A DNA stretch of 64,000 nt. It comes from Alphaproteobacteria bacterium. Its GTDB lineage: Bacteria > Pseudomonadota > Alphaproteobacteria > SP197. Below, piece after piece: positions 51,536-61,585 of this stretch. The notes under the pieces are model-generated. The model had not been told where the DNA came from. It ran no database searches and was given only the letters and a program-made list of their open reading frames with translations. The position numbers and the translations under genes were made by a program. The DNA lies in the NCBI GenBank assembly GCA_965228895.1, contig OZ245842.1, positions 4,288,001 to 4,352,000 of the forward strand, in the 5' to 3' direction. How positions within the stretch are numbered: position 1 is the stretch's first letter; each line of letters starts with the position of its first letter.

Positions 51536-52213
51536 GTGACTGTGACGACAGAGCAGATTGATAGCCGCCAGGCTGGATCGCACGGCTGGGTGGTGACGCC
51601 CAACGTCCGCCGTGCCCGCCTGACGGGCGGCTACAGCCGTTTTGTCGCCTTTATGCGCTGGCTGCTGCCGATTGGCGCTGTGGCGCTGGCGGCCGCGTTG
51701 ATCGCATGGCCGTACATCGAATCGCGCGACGAGGGCTTCACCCTGATGATGTCGGATCTCGAGGTCGATGACGCCGGCCGCCTGGTGATGGATAACGCTC
51801 GTTTTCTGGGCACCGACGACAAGGGCCAACCCTATACGGTCACCGCGATCGCGGCCTGGCAGGACCCTAACGAGGACGAAATCATCAACCTGGAGACGCT
51901 GCAGGGCGATATCACCCTTCAATCCGGCGCCTGGATTGCCATCAGTGCGGCGACAGGACGCTACGACCGGCCGGCCGAACGACTGATCCTGGAGCACGAT
52001 GTCAGTGTCTTCACCGACGAAGGGTATGAACTTCATACCGACGTCGCCGAGTTTGACCTGAGCCAGGGCACCGGCTGGGGCGACAAGCCGGTCTCCGGTC
52101 AAGGTCCAGCCGGTTTGCTGGAAGCCCAGGGTTTTCGTCTTTCTGAAGGAGACGGCAAAATTCATTTCGTCGGCCCCGTCCACATGACGCTGTTTCCGGG
52201 ATCCGCCGAATGA
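51536..52213 (+). CDS. lptC: LPS export protein LptC
   Basis: N-terminal TM followed by a beta-jellyroll pattern (G.D..GQPYTVTA..A); upstream of lptA/lptB. Confidence 0.85.
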   Translation: MTVTTEQIDSRQAGSHGWVVTPNVRRARLTGGYSRFVAFMRWLLPIGAVALAAALIAWPYIESRDEGFTLMMSDLEVDDAGRLVMDNARFLGTDDKGQPYTVTAIAAWQDPNEDEIINLETLQGDITLQSGAWIAISAATGRYDRPAERLILEHDVSVFTDEGYELHTDVAEFDLSQGTGWGDKPVSGQGPAGLLEAQGFRLSEGDGKIHFVGPVHMTLFPGSAE

Positions 52214-52734
52214 AGCGGGTGATAGCGGGCCTGACACTGAGCGCGCTGCTAGCGGCCGCCCCGGTTTATGCACAGGTCGTCGACTCCGGCTCCCACGATA
52301 CGTCGCTGCCGATCGCCATCACGGCCGACGCCATGGAGGTCGAGCAGGAGTCCCAGCGGGCGATTTTCCTGGGCGCGGTCGACGTTGAGCAAGGCGATCT
52401 GCGGCTCAAAGCCGACGAGCTGATTGTCTACTACCGCGATAAAGAGGCCCAGGACGACAACGCGATCTACCGAATCGAGGTCACCGGCAACGTGACGTTC
52501 GCCGCGCCGAACGAGACTGCAAAAGGCGACTTAGGAGTCTATGATGTCGATGTCGGTACCATCACACTGTCGGGCAATGTCGTGCTGACCAGCGGCGAAA
52601 ACGTCATTCGTGGCAACGAAGCCATCATGAACCTGGAAACGGGCAAGAGCGAGGTGCGCGGCGGCGCCGGTGACGATGGCCGCGTCGAAGGTCTGTTCGT
52701 CCCCGACAAATCGGGTGACGAGGAAACGCCATGA
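52210..52734 (+). CDS. lptA: LPS transport periplasmic protein LptA
   Basis: Signal peptide; PIAITAD.MEV, F.G.V.VEQGD..L.AD, GNVVL..G.N. Confidence 0.9.
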   Translation: MKRVIAGLTLSALLAAAPVYAQVVDSGSHDTSLPIAITADAMEVEQESQRAIFLGAVDVEQGDLRLKADELIVYYRDKEAQDDNAIYRIEVTGNVTFAAPNETAKGDLGVYDVDVGTITLSGNVVLTSGENVIRGNEAIMNLETGKSEVRGGAGDDGRVEGLFVPDKSGDEETP

Positions 52735-53519
52735 CGGAGTCCACGTTGACCTCTTTGACCAAAGCCGCCAATGCCGGACCGAAGCTCGTCACCGACAATG
52801 TCGGACTGGTGGCCGAGAACCTGGGCAAGAGCTACCACAAGCGCCCGGTTCTGCGTGACGTCAGCCTGGGCGTCGAACGTGGCGAGGCGGTTGGCTTGCT
52901 GGGTCCCAACGGCGCCGGCAAGACGACGTGCTTTTATCTGATCACCGGCCTGATCACCGCGGACGCAGGCACCATCTCACTCGACGGCGATAACATCACC
53001 GAACTGCCGATGTACAGGCGCGCCCGACTTGGGATCGGCTATCTGCCCCAGGAAGCATCGATCTTTCGCGGCATGACCGTCGAAGCCAACATCCGCGCCG
53101 TACTCGAAGTTGTCGAAAAGAACCGCGAAGTCCGCGAGCAGATGCTGGACGAACTGCTGGCCGAGTTCTCCATTTCGCATCTTCGGCGCGCGCCGGCCCT
53201 GGCGCTGTCAGGTGGTGAGCGGCGGCGTGTCGAAATCGCCCGCGCGCTGGCCTCGCGGCCCAGCTTCATGCTGCTGGACGAGCCGCTCGCTGGCATTGAT
53301 CCCATCGCGGTCGGCGAAATTCGCGAACTCGTTTCGCACCTCAAGGATCGGGGAATCGGTGTTTTGATCACCGACCACAACGTTCGCGAGACATTGGATA
53401 TCATTGATCGCGCTTACATCCTCCATGAGGGTACACTGATGATGGAGGGCGCTCCCTCCGAGATTGTCGCCCATGAGGGCGTCCGTCGAGTCTATCTGGG
53501 CGACCGCTTCCAGCTTTAG
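52731..53519 (+). CDS. lptB: LPS export ABC ATPase
   Basis: GPNGAGKTT, GYLPQEASIFR, LSGGERRRVEIAR, ITDHNVRETL. Confidence 0.97.
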   Translation: MTESTLTSLTKAANAGPKLVTDNVGLVAENLGKSYHKRPVLRDVSLGVERGEAVGLLGPNGAGKTTCFYLITGLITADAGTISLDGDNITELPMYRRARLGIGYLPQEASIFRGMTVEANIRAVLEVVEKNREVREQMLDELLAEFSISHLRRAPALALSGGERRRVEIARALASRPSFMLLDEPLAGIDPIAVGEIRELVSHLKDRGIGVLITDHNVRETLDIIDRAYILHEGTLMMEGAPSEIVAHEGVRRVYLGDRFQL

Positions 53520-53528
53520 GCATTCATC

Positions 53529-55019
53529 ATGGCAATGTCCGCCAAACTCGATCTTCGGCAGTCACAGACGCTTGTCATGACGCCGCAGCTGCAGCAGGCG
53601 ATCAAGCTGCTGCAGCTGTCGAATATCGAGTTGGCCGCGTTCGTCGAACAGGAACTGGAACGCAATCCCCTGCTGGAGCGGGCACAGTCCGACGCCGATA
53701 CCGGCGAAACACAATCTGACCAGCCGACGGACACGCCGGCGAACAGTGACACCGCGGAATCCGACTTTGGCCGTGCCGATCAGCCTACCGGCGAACCCGC
53801 CGAAGGTGGCGACGATGTTGCCGTGGGTTCCTACGATTCCAGCCCCTTGTGGCAGGGATCGATGTCGGGCGGCCGTTTCGACGGCGACGATCTGGCTGGC
53901 GTCGAGCAAACCGTCGCCACAACCGCATCGCTCTATGATCACCTGGCGCGTCAGATCTATTTGGAAATCTCGGAACCGGCAGAGCGGATCGCCGCGACCT
54001 ACCTGCTCGATCTGCTCGACGAAGCCGGTTATCTGGCCGGTGACCTGGACGAAGCCTCACGCCACCTTGGCTGTACGCGTGCCTTCCTGGACCGGGTGGT
54101 CGACAAGGTCCAACACTTCGACCCGCCGGGTATCTTCGCGCGCGACCTCAAAGAATGCCTGGCGCTGCAACTGACCGATCTAAACCGGCTCGACCCGGCC
54201 ATGCAGGCGCTGCTCGATAACCTCGAACTGGTCGCGCGGCGCGACATGGCCGAGCTCAAGAAATGCTGCGGCTGCTCCGACGACGACATCGCCGACATGC
54301 TGGGCGAACTCAAGGCGCTCGACCCCAAACCCGGTCTCAGGTTCGATGCCGAGCCCTCCCAGACCGTCATCCCGGACGTCAACGTCCGGCCCAAGCAGGG
54401 CGGCGGCTGGCAGGTGGAGTTGAACAGCGACACCCTGCCGAAGGTGCTGACCAACCAGCGCTACTATGCGGAGATCAGCAGCGGTGCGCGCAACAAGGAA
54501 GACAAGGAGTTCCTTGCCGAAAAGTGGAATTCCGCCAACTGGCTGGTCAAGGCCTTGGATCAGCGGGCCCGCACCATCCTGCGTGTCGCGCGCGAAATCG
54601 TCCGTCAGCAGGATCTGTTCTTGATTAAGGGCGTCGAGCATCTGCGCCCGCTCGTCCTGCGCGACATCGCCGAGGTGCTGGAACTGCACGAAAGCACCGT
54701 CAGCCGCGTCACCAGCAACAAATACATGGCGACGCCGCGCGGCATCTTTGAGTTGAAGTACTTTTTCACCGCGTCGATAGGCAGCACAGGCGACGGACCC
54801 GCGCATTCGGCCGAGGCGGTCCGCCACCGTATCAAGGCGCTGATTGATGCCGAACCACCAGATAAGGTGCTATCTGACGACGGTCTGGTGGAAATCCTGA
54901 AGGCCGACGGCATCGACATCGCCCGGCGCACGGTCGCGAAATACCGTGAATCCATGCGGATTCCATCCTCTGTGCAGCGTCGGCGAGACAAGAAAGTTCG
55001 CGCAACGTCAAAGACTTAG
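53529..55019 (+). CDS. rpoN: RNA polymerase sigma-54 factor
   Basis: MTPQLQQAIKLLQL, HESTVSRVT, RpoN box ARRTVAKYR. Confidence 0.98.
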   Translation: MAMSAKLDLRQSQTLVMTPQLQQAIKLLQLSNIELAAFVEQELERNPLLERAQSDADTGETQSDQPTDTPANSDTAESDFGRADQPTGEPAEGGDDVAVGSYDSSPLWQGSMSGGRFDGDDLAGVEQTVATTASLYDHLARQIYLEISEPAERIAATYLLDLLDEAGYLAGDLDEASRHLGCTRAFLDRVVDKVQHFDPPGIFARDLKECLALQLTDLNRLDPAMQALLDNLELVARRDMAELKKCCGCSDDDIADMLGELKALDPKPGLRFDAEPSQTVIPDVNVRPKQGGGWQVELNSDTLPKVLTNQRYYAEISSGARNKEDKEFLAEKWNSANWLVKALDQRARTILRVAREIVRQQDLFLIKGVEHLRPLVLRDIAEVLELHESTVSRVTSNKYMATPRGIFELKYFFTASIGSTGDGPAHSAEAVRHRIKALIDAEPPDKVLSDDGLVEILKADGIDIARRTVAKYRESMRIPSSVQRRRDKKVRATSKT

Positions 55020-55050
55020 CCTCAAAATTCGATCTAAGTTGCGACCGCGC

Positions 55051-55079
55051 TTGAGTCGGGCCACATCCAGCGCTATATG
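55051..55079 (+). promoter_or_regulatory. Putative sigma70 promoter upstream of hpf
   Basis: (C)TTGAGT-N17-(C)TATATG, close to the alphaproteobacterial CTTGAC/CTATAT consensus. Confidence 0.55.
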
Positions 55080-55208
55080 TGCGCTCCCCAAATTGGGGCC
55101 GGGGTACCGGGCGGGCGCGCTGGTATTCTGAGAAGACCGAGGACAAACGGTCGCCCGATGCAATCGCATCGACCTTATGACGCTGCGTTTTACGATACAG
55201 GAACCAAC

Positions 55209-55505
55209 ATGAAGATCGCCGTAACCGGGCATCAGATTGATATTGGCGATGCCCTGAGACAGCACGTGGCCGAGCGGCTAGAGCATGGCGTCAGCAAGTA
55301 TTTCGACGATGCGATCGAGGCGCACATTCGGTTTTCGCGCGAGGGTAACCTTTATCGCGCGCATGTCTCGGCCCATGTCGGCAAGGACATCTCCGCCGAA
55401 GGCCAAGCCGATGACGCGGATATCTACGCGAGCTTCAACGCCGCGGCCGAACACGTGGAAAAGCAACTGCGGCGCGTTAAGCGCAAACTGCGGGACCATC
55501 ATTGA
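55209..55505 (+). CDS. hpf: Ribosome hibernation promoting factor, short form
   Basis: MKIAVTG.QIDIGDALR.HV...KYF...DIYASF..A...EKQLRR.K.KLRDHH; 98 aa. Confidence 0.92.
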   Translation: MKIAVTGHQIDIGDALRQHVAERLEHGVSKYFDDAIEAHIRFSREGNLYRAHVSAHVGKDISAEGQADDADIYASFNAAAEHVEKQLRRVKRKLRDHH

Positions 55506-55556
55506 GGTGATGCCCGCCGCCCGTGCAAGGCCGGCGGACACGCCCAAAGGAAGACC

Positions 55557-56021
55557 ATGGAGATAACCGATATTCTGAAGCAAGAGGCTGTCATCGCCCA
55601 TCTGAAGGCCGGCAGCAAAAAACAAGCGCTTCAGGATTTGGCCCATCGCGCCGCCGGAATTGTCGGCCTCGATGAGCGCACCATCTTTGATGCCCTCTTG
55701 GAACGCGAGCGGCTCGGCACCACCGGCGTCGGCTTAGGCATCGCCATTCCGCACGCCAAGATGCCCAATCTGGACCGGTTGCACGCGGTGTTCGCGCGGC
55801 TCGATACGCCGGTCGACTTCGAGGCGATCGACGAACAGCCGGTCGATCTCATGTTCCTGCTCCTGGCGCCCGAATCTGCCGGTGCTGACCATTTAAAGGC
55901 ACTGGCCCGCGTCTCGCGCTTGCTGCGCAATCAGGTCGTCTGCGAGAAACTGCGCGGCGCCGACAGTGCCGAGGCGATCTTCGCCCTGCTCTCCGATACC
56001 GAGGCCAGCCAGGCCGCCTGA
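55557..56021 (+). CDS. ptsN: PTS EIIA(Ntr)
   Basis: ERERLGTTGVG.GIAIPH, PVDL.FLLLAPE.AGADHLKALA. Confidence 0.96.
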   Translation: MEITDILKQEAVIAHLKAGSKKQALQDLAHRAAGIVGLDERTIFDALLERERLGTTGVGLGIAIPHAKMPNLDRLHAVFARLDTPVDFEAIDEQPVDLMFLLLAPESAGADHLKALARVSRLLRNQVVCEKLRGADSAEAIFALLSDTEASQAA

Positions 56022-56027
56022 TCCCAG

Positions 56028-56477
56028 ATGACCCTGATCCATGGCACCTCGATCCTTGTGGCGGGTGCCGGTGTTTTGCTCCGGGGCCCATCGGGCAGCG
56101 GCAAGTCGGATCTGGCGTTCCGCATGATCGAAGCCGGCCAGGCCATCCTCATCGCCGACGATCAAACCGATCTGCGGCCCGTTGACGGCCAGCTCAACGC
56201 GACATGCCCGTCCCGGTTGGCCGGCCTGATCGAGGTGCGCGGCATCGGCATCTTGCGGCGCCCCCACAGGACGGAAGCGGCCATCGGCCTGGTCATCGAC
56301 CTTGTCGCTCACAACGAGGTGCCGCGCCTGCCCGATGCCCTGACGACCTCGCTGGAGGGGGTCACGGTGCCGCAATTGAGCCTGTGCGCGTTCGAGGCAT
56401 CAGCCCCAGCCAAGGTCGTTGCCGCCGCTGAGGGTGTTGCCACTGCCCGCAACAAATCCCGCATCACCCATGTCTGA
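56028..56477 (+). CDS. hprK: Short HPr kinase/phosphorylase
   Basis: GVLLRGPSGSGKSDLA, IADD, G.IEVRGIGI. Confidence 0.9.
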   Translation: MTLIHGTSILVAGAGVLLRGPSGSGKSDLAFRMIEAGQAILIADDQTDLRPVDGQLNATCPSRLAGLIEVRGIGILRRPHRTEAAIGLVIDLVAHNEVPRLPDALTTSLEGVTVPQLSLCAFEASAPAKVVAAAEGVATARNKSRITHV

Positions 56478-57384
56478 CAGCAACAACGGCGTGTTGCCGC
56501 TGGTGCTGGTCAGCGGCCTTTCCGGCGCCGGGCGCAGCACGTCGTTGCGCGCGCTGGAAGATGAGGGTTATGAGGCCGTCGACAACCTGCCGATGTCGTT
56601 GCTGGAGACCTTGATTACGGCAGAAACCCAACCGCCCCACGGTCTTGCCATGGCGGTCGACGTCCGCTCGCGTAACTTCGACGCGGCGGCCTTTGTCGCG
56701 ATCGTCGAGCGGTTGCGTAAACGCCCGGGCCTGGCGCTAAAGCTGATCTTCCTCGACAGCGATACCGACGTCCTGCAACGCCGCTATACGGAAACCCGCC
56801 GCACCCATCCACTCGCCGGCGAACGGTCGGTCACCGCCAGCATTGAGCTGGAACGGGGCCTGATGGCCGTCGTTCGCGACGCCGCTGATCTTGTAATCGA
56901 CACCAGCGACCTGAGCGGGGCGGACCTGAAGCGGATCATCGTCGGCCAACTCGCCTTGCAGGAGAGCGGCCGCCTGGGACTGTTCGTCACGTCGTTTTCC
57001 TACCGCCTGGGCCTGCCGCGCAACGCCGACCTGGTGTTCGATGTCCGTTTCCTGGCCAATCCCCACTATGTCGACGATCTCAGCCCCCTGACCGGCCGGG
57101 ATTCGCCCGTCGGCGCGTTCATCGAGCAAGACCCCTCATTCCAGCCGTTTTTTGACCGTTTGAGCGGACTTTTGGCCGATTTGCTGCCGGCCTACGAGCG
57201 CGAAGGCAAGTATTATCTGACCATCGCGGTCGGCTGCACCGGCGGCCAGCACCGCTCGGTTTTTGTTGCCGAGCGCCTTGCCGCTCTGTTAAGCGAAGAC
57301 CACCGCGTCCACCTGGAGCACCGCGACCTGGCTTCGGCGCTGGCGCGCAACAGGGACGCCAACAAAAACAGCGGCGCATCATGA
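56470..57384 (+). CDS. rapZ: RNase adapter RapZ-family protein
   Basis: SGLSGAGRS, VDNLP, RRYTETRR.HP, DVRFLANP, GCTGGQHRSV. Confidence 0.95.
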   Translation: MSDSNNGVLPLVLVSGLSGAGRSTSLRALEDEGYEAVDNLPMSLLETLITAETQPPHGLAMAVDVRSRNFDAAAFVAIVERLRKRPGLALKLIFLDSDTDVLQRRYTETRRTHPLAGERSVTASIELERGLMAVVRDAADLVIDTSDLSGADLKRIIVGQLALQESGRLGLFVTSFSYRLGLPRNADLVFDVRFLANPHYVDDLSPLTGRDSPVGAFIEQDPSFQPFFDRLSGLLADLLPAYEREGKYYLTIAVGCTGGQHRSVFVAERLAALLSEDHRVHLEHRDLASALARNRDANKNSGAS

Positions 57385-57785
57385 TTGGTTTGGTTCTGGT
57401 GACTCACGGGCGATTGGCCGAGGAGTTTGTCGCCGCCACGGAGCACGTGGTCGGCGAACAGCGCAATGTCAAAACCGTCTGTATCGGCCCGGATGACGAT
57501 ATGGAACAGCGGCGTAAGGATATCCTGGCGGCGATCGCCAAGGTCGATGATGGCGATGGCGTCATCCTGCTGACCGACATGTTCGGCGGCACGCCGTCGA
57601 ACCTGGCGATTTCGGTCATGGACACCGGCAACGTCGAAGTCATTGCCGGCATCAACTTGCCGATGCTGATCAAACTGGCCAGCGCGCGCGAGACCGAGAC
57701 CTTGGCCAGTGCCGTCGCCCAGGCGCAGGAGTCAGGGCGCAAGTACATCAATGTTGCGAGCAGCTTGCTGAACGCACGAGGCTAA
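57381..57785 (+). CDS. PTS EIIA, mannose/fructose type (ManX-like)
   Basis: VLVTHG.LA, LTDMFGGTPSN, GINLPMLI. Confidence 0.93.
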   Translation: MIGLVLVTHGRLAEEFVAATEHVVGEQRNVKTVCIGPDDDMEQRRKDILAAIAKVDDGDGVILLTDMFGGTPSNLAISVMDTGNVEVIAGINLPMLIKLASARETETLASAVAQAQESGRKYINVASSLLNARG

Positions 57786-57791
57786 GCGGCC

Positions 57792-58082
57792 ATGTCCGGC
57801 CGGGAGACAGGGGCCGGGGGAATGGGCCTTCAACTATTGATTATCAACGAGCGCGGCCTTCACGCACGCGCCGCCGCCAAGTTCGTTGCGACGGTGCAGG
57901 AGTTCGAGGCCGAGGTCGAGGTCAGCAAGGACGGCATGTCGGTCTCCGGGCGATCGATTATGGGATTGATGATGTTGGCAGCAGCACCCGGCACCACGAT
58001 TGATGTCACCGCGCAAGGACCGGACGCGCCGGCGGTGCTGGCGGCTTTGCAGTTCCTGGTCGACAGCCGGTTCGATGAGTAG
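57792..58082 (+). CDS. ptsH: HPr/NPr phosphocarrier protein
   Basis: IN.RGLHARAAAKFV, SIMGLMMLAA. Confidence 0.93.
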   Translation: MSGRETGAGGMGLQLLIINERGLHARAAAKFVATVQEFEAEVEVSKDGMSVSGRSIMGLMMLAAAPGTTIDVTAQGPDAPAVLAALQFLVDSRFDE

Positions 58083-59847
58083 ACAACGCAAGACATCACG
58101 CTCGAACGTCATCCTGCGAGGATTGGGCGTTGCGCGCGGCATCGCCATCGGTCCGGCGCACATCGCCGAAAGCGGCACGCTTGACGTGCCGACCCACGAA
58201 CTCGCGAAGTCGGCGATCGACGATGAGATCGAACGCTTCCACGCCGCCATCGCGGAAGCGGGCACGCAGATCGACAAGCTCAGACGCAAAGCCTCGTCCT
58301 TGCCCGAAAGCGCGGCCGAAGAGCTCGGCTATCTGCTCGACGCCCACAACCATATGCTGGAGGGCTCGCGTCTGGTGCGCGGCGTCGACAAGCGCATTCG
58401 CGACGAACGCCTGAATGCGGAAGCCGCCGTCTCCCAGGAAGTGTCGGAGATCGCGCAGGTCTTCTCGCAGATGGAAGACAGCTACCTCGCCGCGCGTGCA
58501 CGCGATGTCCGTGATGTCGGCCAGCGTCTGTTGCGCTGCTTGATGAAGACACCGTATCAGGCTTTCACGGACCTGCCCGAGGGTTCGGTGATCGTTGCCG
58601 ACGAACTGACCCCGGCCGATACCGCACTGCTCGACCCGCACAAGATCGCCGGCTTCGTGACGGCCACCGGCGGCGCCCAGGATCACACCGGCATCATGGC
58701 GCGTTCCTTGGGCCTGCCCGCGGTCGTCGGCATGGCCGAACTGCTGCAGCAGGTGCGCCCGGGCGACATGGTGATCGTCGATGGCGGCGCGGGACAGATC
58801 ATTTTGAACCCCGACGCCCAGACCATGTCGCGCTACCAGACGCGCCGTGCCGAACTGGTGCGCCAGGCACGCAAGCTCGATCGGTTGCGCGACGTTCCCG
58901 CTGTGACCCGCGATCAGGAACTGGTCAGGCTGCAGGCCAATATCGATCTGCCCAACGAGATCGACGCCGCGCTGTCGTCCGGCGCCGAAGGCATTGGCCT
59001 TTTCCGGACCGAGTATGTCTTCATGAACCGCGATGACCTGCCCGACGAGGACGAGCAATACGTCCAGCTACGCAGCATCGTGGAGGGCATGGAAGGCAGG
59101 CCGATCACGATCCGCACGCTGGATGTCGGCAACGACAAGCTGCCCTATTCGCTGGACGAGCACATGACCACAAGCCCCAATCCAGCCATGGGCCTGCGCG
59201 CCATCCGTCTGTCGCTGAAGTTCCAGAAGCTGTTGGAGGCCCAGCTCGCCGCAATCCTGCGCGCCGGCGCCCACGGCCCCGTCCGTATCCTGCTGCCCAT
59301 GATCAGCAGTCCCCAGGAGGTGCGCGAGGTGCGCGACGCCATGCGCAAGGTTGTGCGACGCCTGAAGCGGCGCAAGGTCGCGATCGCCGACCCGCTGCCG
59401 CCGATCGGCGCCATGATCGAGATTCCCGGTGCCGCGCTCGCCGCCGACAGCCTGGCGCGCGACTGCGAGTTCTTCTCGATCGGCACCAACGATCTCACCA
59501 TGTACACGCTGGCCATCGACCGCGGCGACGATCAGGTGGCCCATCTCTATAGCCCGCTGCACCCGGCGGTCCTGCGCCTGATCCAGTTCACCACGGCTGC
59601 GGCGCTGAGAGCGCGCATTCCGATCAATGTCTGCGGCGAAATGGCCGGCGACGAGCGCATGACGGCGCTGCTGCTGGGGCTTGGCATCCGCGACCTCTCG
59701 ATGACCGCGACGGCGCTGCCCCGGGTCAAGCAGCGCATCCGCGCCCTCGACCTCAACGAGGCGACAAAACGCACCCAGACCATCATGGATCAGTCCGATC
59801 CCGGCATGGTCGCGGTACTCCTGGATGACTTCAACGCCCTGCCGTAA
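58075..59847 (+). CDS. ptsI: PEP-protein phosphotransferase (Enzyme I, no GAF domain)
   Basis: GG..DHTGIMARSLG, GIGLFRTE, MIEIP, FFSIGTNDL.MY, CGEMAGD. Confidence 0.93.
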   Translation: MSRQRKTSRSNVILRGLGVARGIAIGPAHIAESGTLDVPTHELAKSAIDDEIERFHAAIAEAGTQIDKLRRKASSLPESAAEELGYLLDAHNHMLEGSRLVRGVDKRIRDERLNAEAAVSQEVSEIAQVFSQMEDSYLAARARDVRDVGQRLLRCLMKTPYQAFTDLPEGSVIVADELTPADTALLDPHKIAGFVTATGGAQDHTGIMARSLGLPAVVGMAELLQQVRPGDMVIVDGGAGQIILNPDAQTMSRYQTRRAELVRQARKLDRLRDVPAVTRDQELVRLQANIDLPNEIDAALSSGAEGIGLFRTEYVFMNRDDLPDEDEQYVQLRSIVEGMEGRPITIRTLDVGNDKLPYSLDEHMTTSPNPAMGLRAIRLSLKFQKLLEAQLAAILRAGAHGPVRILLPMISSPQEVREVRDAMRKVVRRLKRRKVAIADPLPPIGAMIEIPGAALAADSLARDCEFFSIGTNDLTMYTLAIDRGDDQVAHLYSPLHPAVLRLIQFTTAAALRARIPINVCGEMAGDERMTALLLGLGIRDLSMTATALPRVKQRIRALDLNEATKRTQTIMDQSDPGMVAVLLDDFNALP

Positions 59848-59951
59848 GGCATCATCTTGCCTGGACGGCCGGGGTCCCCATTTGTTAAGCCGTGCCCGGC
59901 GCCCGTCCGATGGCATCCGCCATGGATTTTCTAGAGAGAATGGATCGAAGA

Positions 59952-61247
59952 ATGAGTGACTTCAGCGACTACAAGGTTGCCGATATCAGCCTGGCCGATT
60001 GGGGCCGCAAGGAGATCGAACTGGCCCAGGTCGAGATGCCGGGCCTGATGGCAATCCGCGACGAGTATGGCGCGAAGAAGCCGCTGAAGGGCGCCCGCAT
60101 CACCGGCTGCCTGCACATGACGATCCAGACTGCCGTTTTGATCGAAACCTTGGTCGATCTGGGCGCCGAGATCCGCTGGAGCTCGTGCAACATTTTCTCA
60201 ACCCAGGATCAGGCGGCCGCCGCCATCGCGGCTGCCGGCATCCCGGTCTTTGCCTGGAAGGGCGAGTCGGAGGAAGAGTATTGGTGGTGCATCGACCAGA
60301 CCATCGAAGGTCCGGACGGTTGGCGCCCCAACATGCTGCTGGATGACGGCGGCGATCTGACCCAGGTCATGCACGAAAAGCACGCCGATCTGATGAAAGA
60401 CGTGAAGGGTGTCAGCGAGGAAACCACGACGGGCGTCGCGCGCCTTTATCAGATGGCGCAGCACGGCGAACTCCTGGTGCCCGCCTTCAACGTCAACGAT
60501 TCCGTTACCAAGTCGAAGTTCGACAACGTCTATGGCTGCCGCGAAAGCCTGGTCGACGGCATCCGCCGCGCCACCGACGTCATGATGGCCGGCAAGGTCG
60601 CCGTCGTCGCAGGTTACGGCGGCGTCGGCAAGGGATCGGCTCAGTCGCTGCGCGGCGCCGGCGCCCGGGTCAAGGTAACCGAGATCGACCCGATCTGTGC
60701 GCTCCAGGCGGCGATGGACGGTTATGAGGTCGTCACCATGGATGACGCCGCCTCCCAGGCCGACATCTTCGTCACCGCGACCGGCAACCGCGATGTCATT
60801 ACCGTCGACCACATGCGCGCCATGAAGGACCGCGCCATCGTCTGCAATATCGGCCACTTCGATAACGAGATTCAGGTCGATGCGCTCAGGAACCAGAAGT
60901 GGCACAACGTCAAGCCGCAGGTCGACGAGATCGAGTTCGCCGACGGCAAACGCATCGTCTTGCTGGCCGAAGGCCGCCTGGTGAACCTTGGCTGCGCCAC
61001 CGGTCATCCCAGCTTCGTCATGAGCGCCAGCTTCACCAACCAGGTGCTCGCCCAGATCGAGCTGTGGACCCATCCCGACAAGTACGAGCGTCAGGTCTAC
61101 GTGCTGCCCAAGCACCTGGACGAGAAGGTCGCCCGGCTGCATCTGGAAAAGGTCGGTGCCAAGCTGACCGAACTGACCGACGATCAGGCGAGCTATCTCG
61201 CCATCGATCAGGCTGGCCCGTACAAACCCGAGGAATACCGGTACTGA
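59952..61247 (+). CDS. ahcY: Adenosylhomocysteinase
   Basis: [53 protein letters not shown]. Confidence 0.98.
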   Translation: MSDFSDYKVADISLADWGRKEIELAQVEMPGLMAIRDEYGAKKPLKGARITGCLHMTIQTAVLIETLVDLGAEIRWSSCNIFSTQDQAAAAIAAAGIPVFAWKGESEEEYWWCIDQTIEGPDGWRPNMLLDDGGDLTQVMHEKHADLMKDVKGVSEETTTGVARLYQMAQHGELLVPAFNVNDSVTKSKFDNVYGCRESLVDGIRRATDVMMAGKVAVVAGYGGVGKGSAQSLRGAGARVKVTEIDPICALQAAMDGYEVVTMDDAASQADIFVTATGNRDVITVDHMRAMKDRAIVCNIGHFDNEIQVDALRNQKWHNVKPQVDEIEFADGKRIVLLAEGRLVNLGCATGHPSFVMSASFTNQVLAQIELWTHPDKYERQVYVLPKHLDEKVARLHLEKVGAKLTELTDDQASYLAIDQAGPYKPEEYRY

Positions 61248-61585
61248 TCGACGCCGTAGAAGACCGGAAGCAGGCGGCCCGGCTCTCGCCAGCCGGCATC
61301 TGACCAGCTTCCGGCTTCGTGCGCGGTGCCTCGTGGACACCACATATAGACGGCGGCTGACACAGGCCACAACCGTGTGTGGTGACACCCCCTTGCCCGC
61401 AGCCTAGACTCGGCATCGACGATCGGCAGGTTGGGGGGCACGAATGTCGGGGGTTCGTTTCGCGGCCGTTATGGGGACGGTTGGCGGCCATGCGTCAAGG
61501 CGCACTGTCAAAACGACAGAGCCGTCAACCAGACATGGCCAAGACAGTGGCAGTTTGATCACCGCAGCCAGCCACCGGCCGCGCC

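Noticed and set aside
55020-55208. Sigma54 (-24/-12) promoter upstream of hpf
   Set aside because: No TGGCAC-N5-TTGC match; a sigma70-like promoter fits better.
59848-59951. SAH riboswitch upstream of ahcY
   Set aside because: The conserved GAGGAGCG-type core is not visible in the 104-bp gap.
61262-61320. Intrinsic terminator after ahcY
   Set aside because: An inverted repeat (CCGGAAGC...GCTTCCGG) exists but has a long loop and no U-tract, so it was not called.
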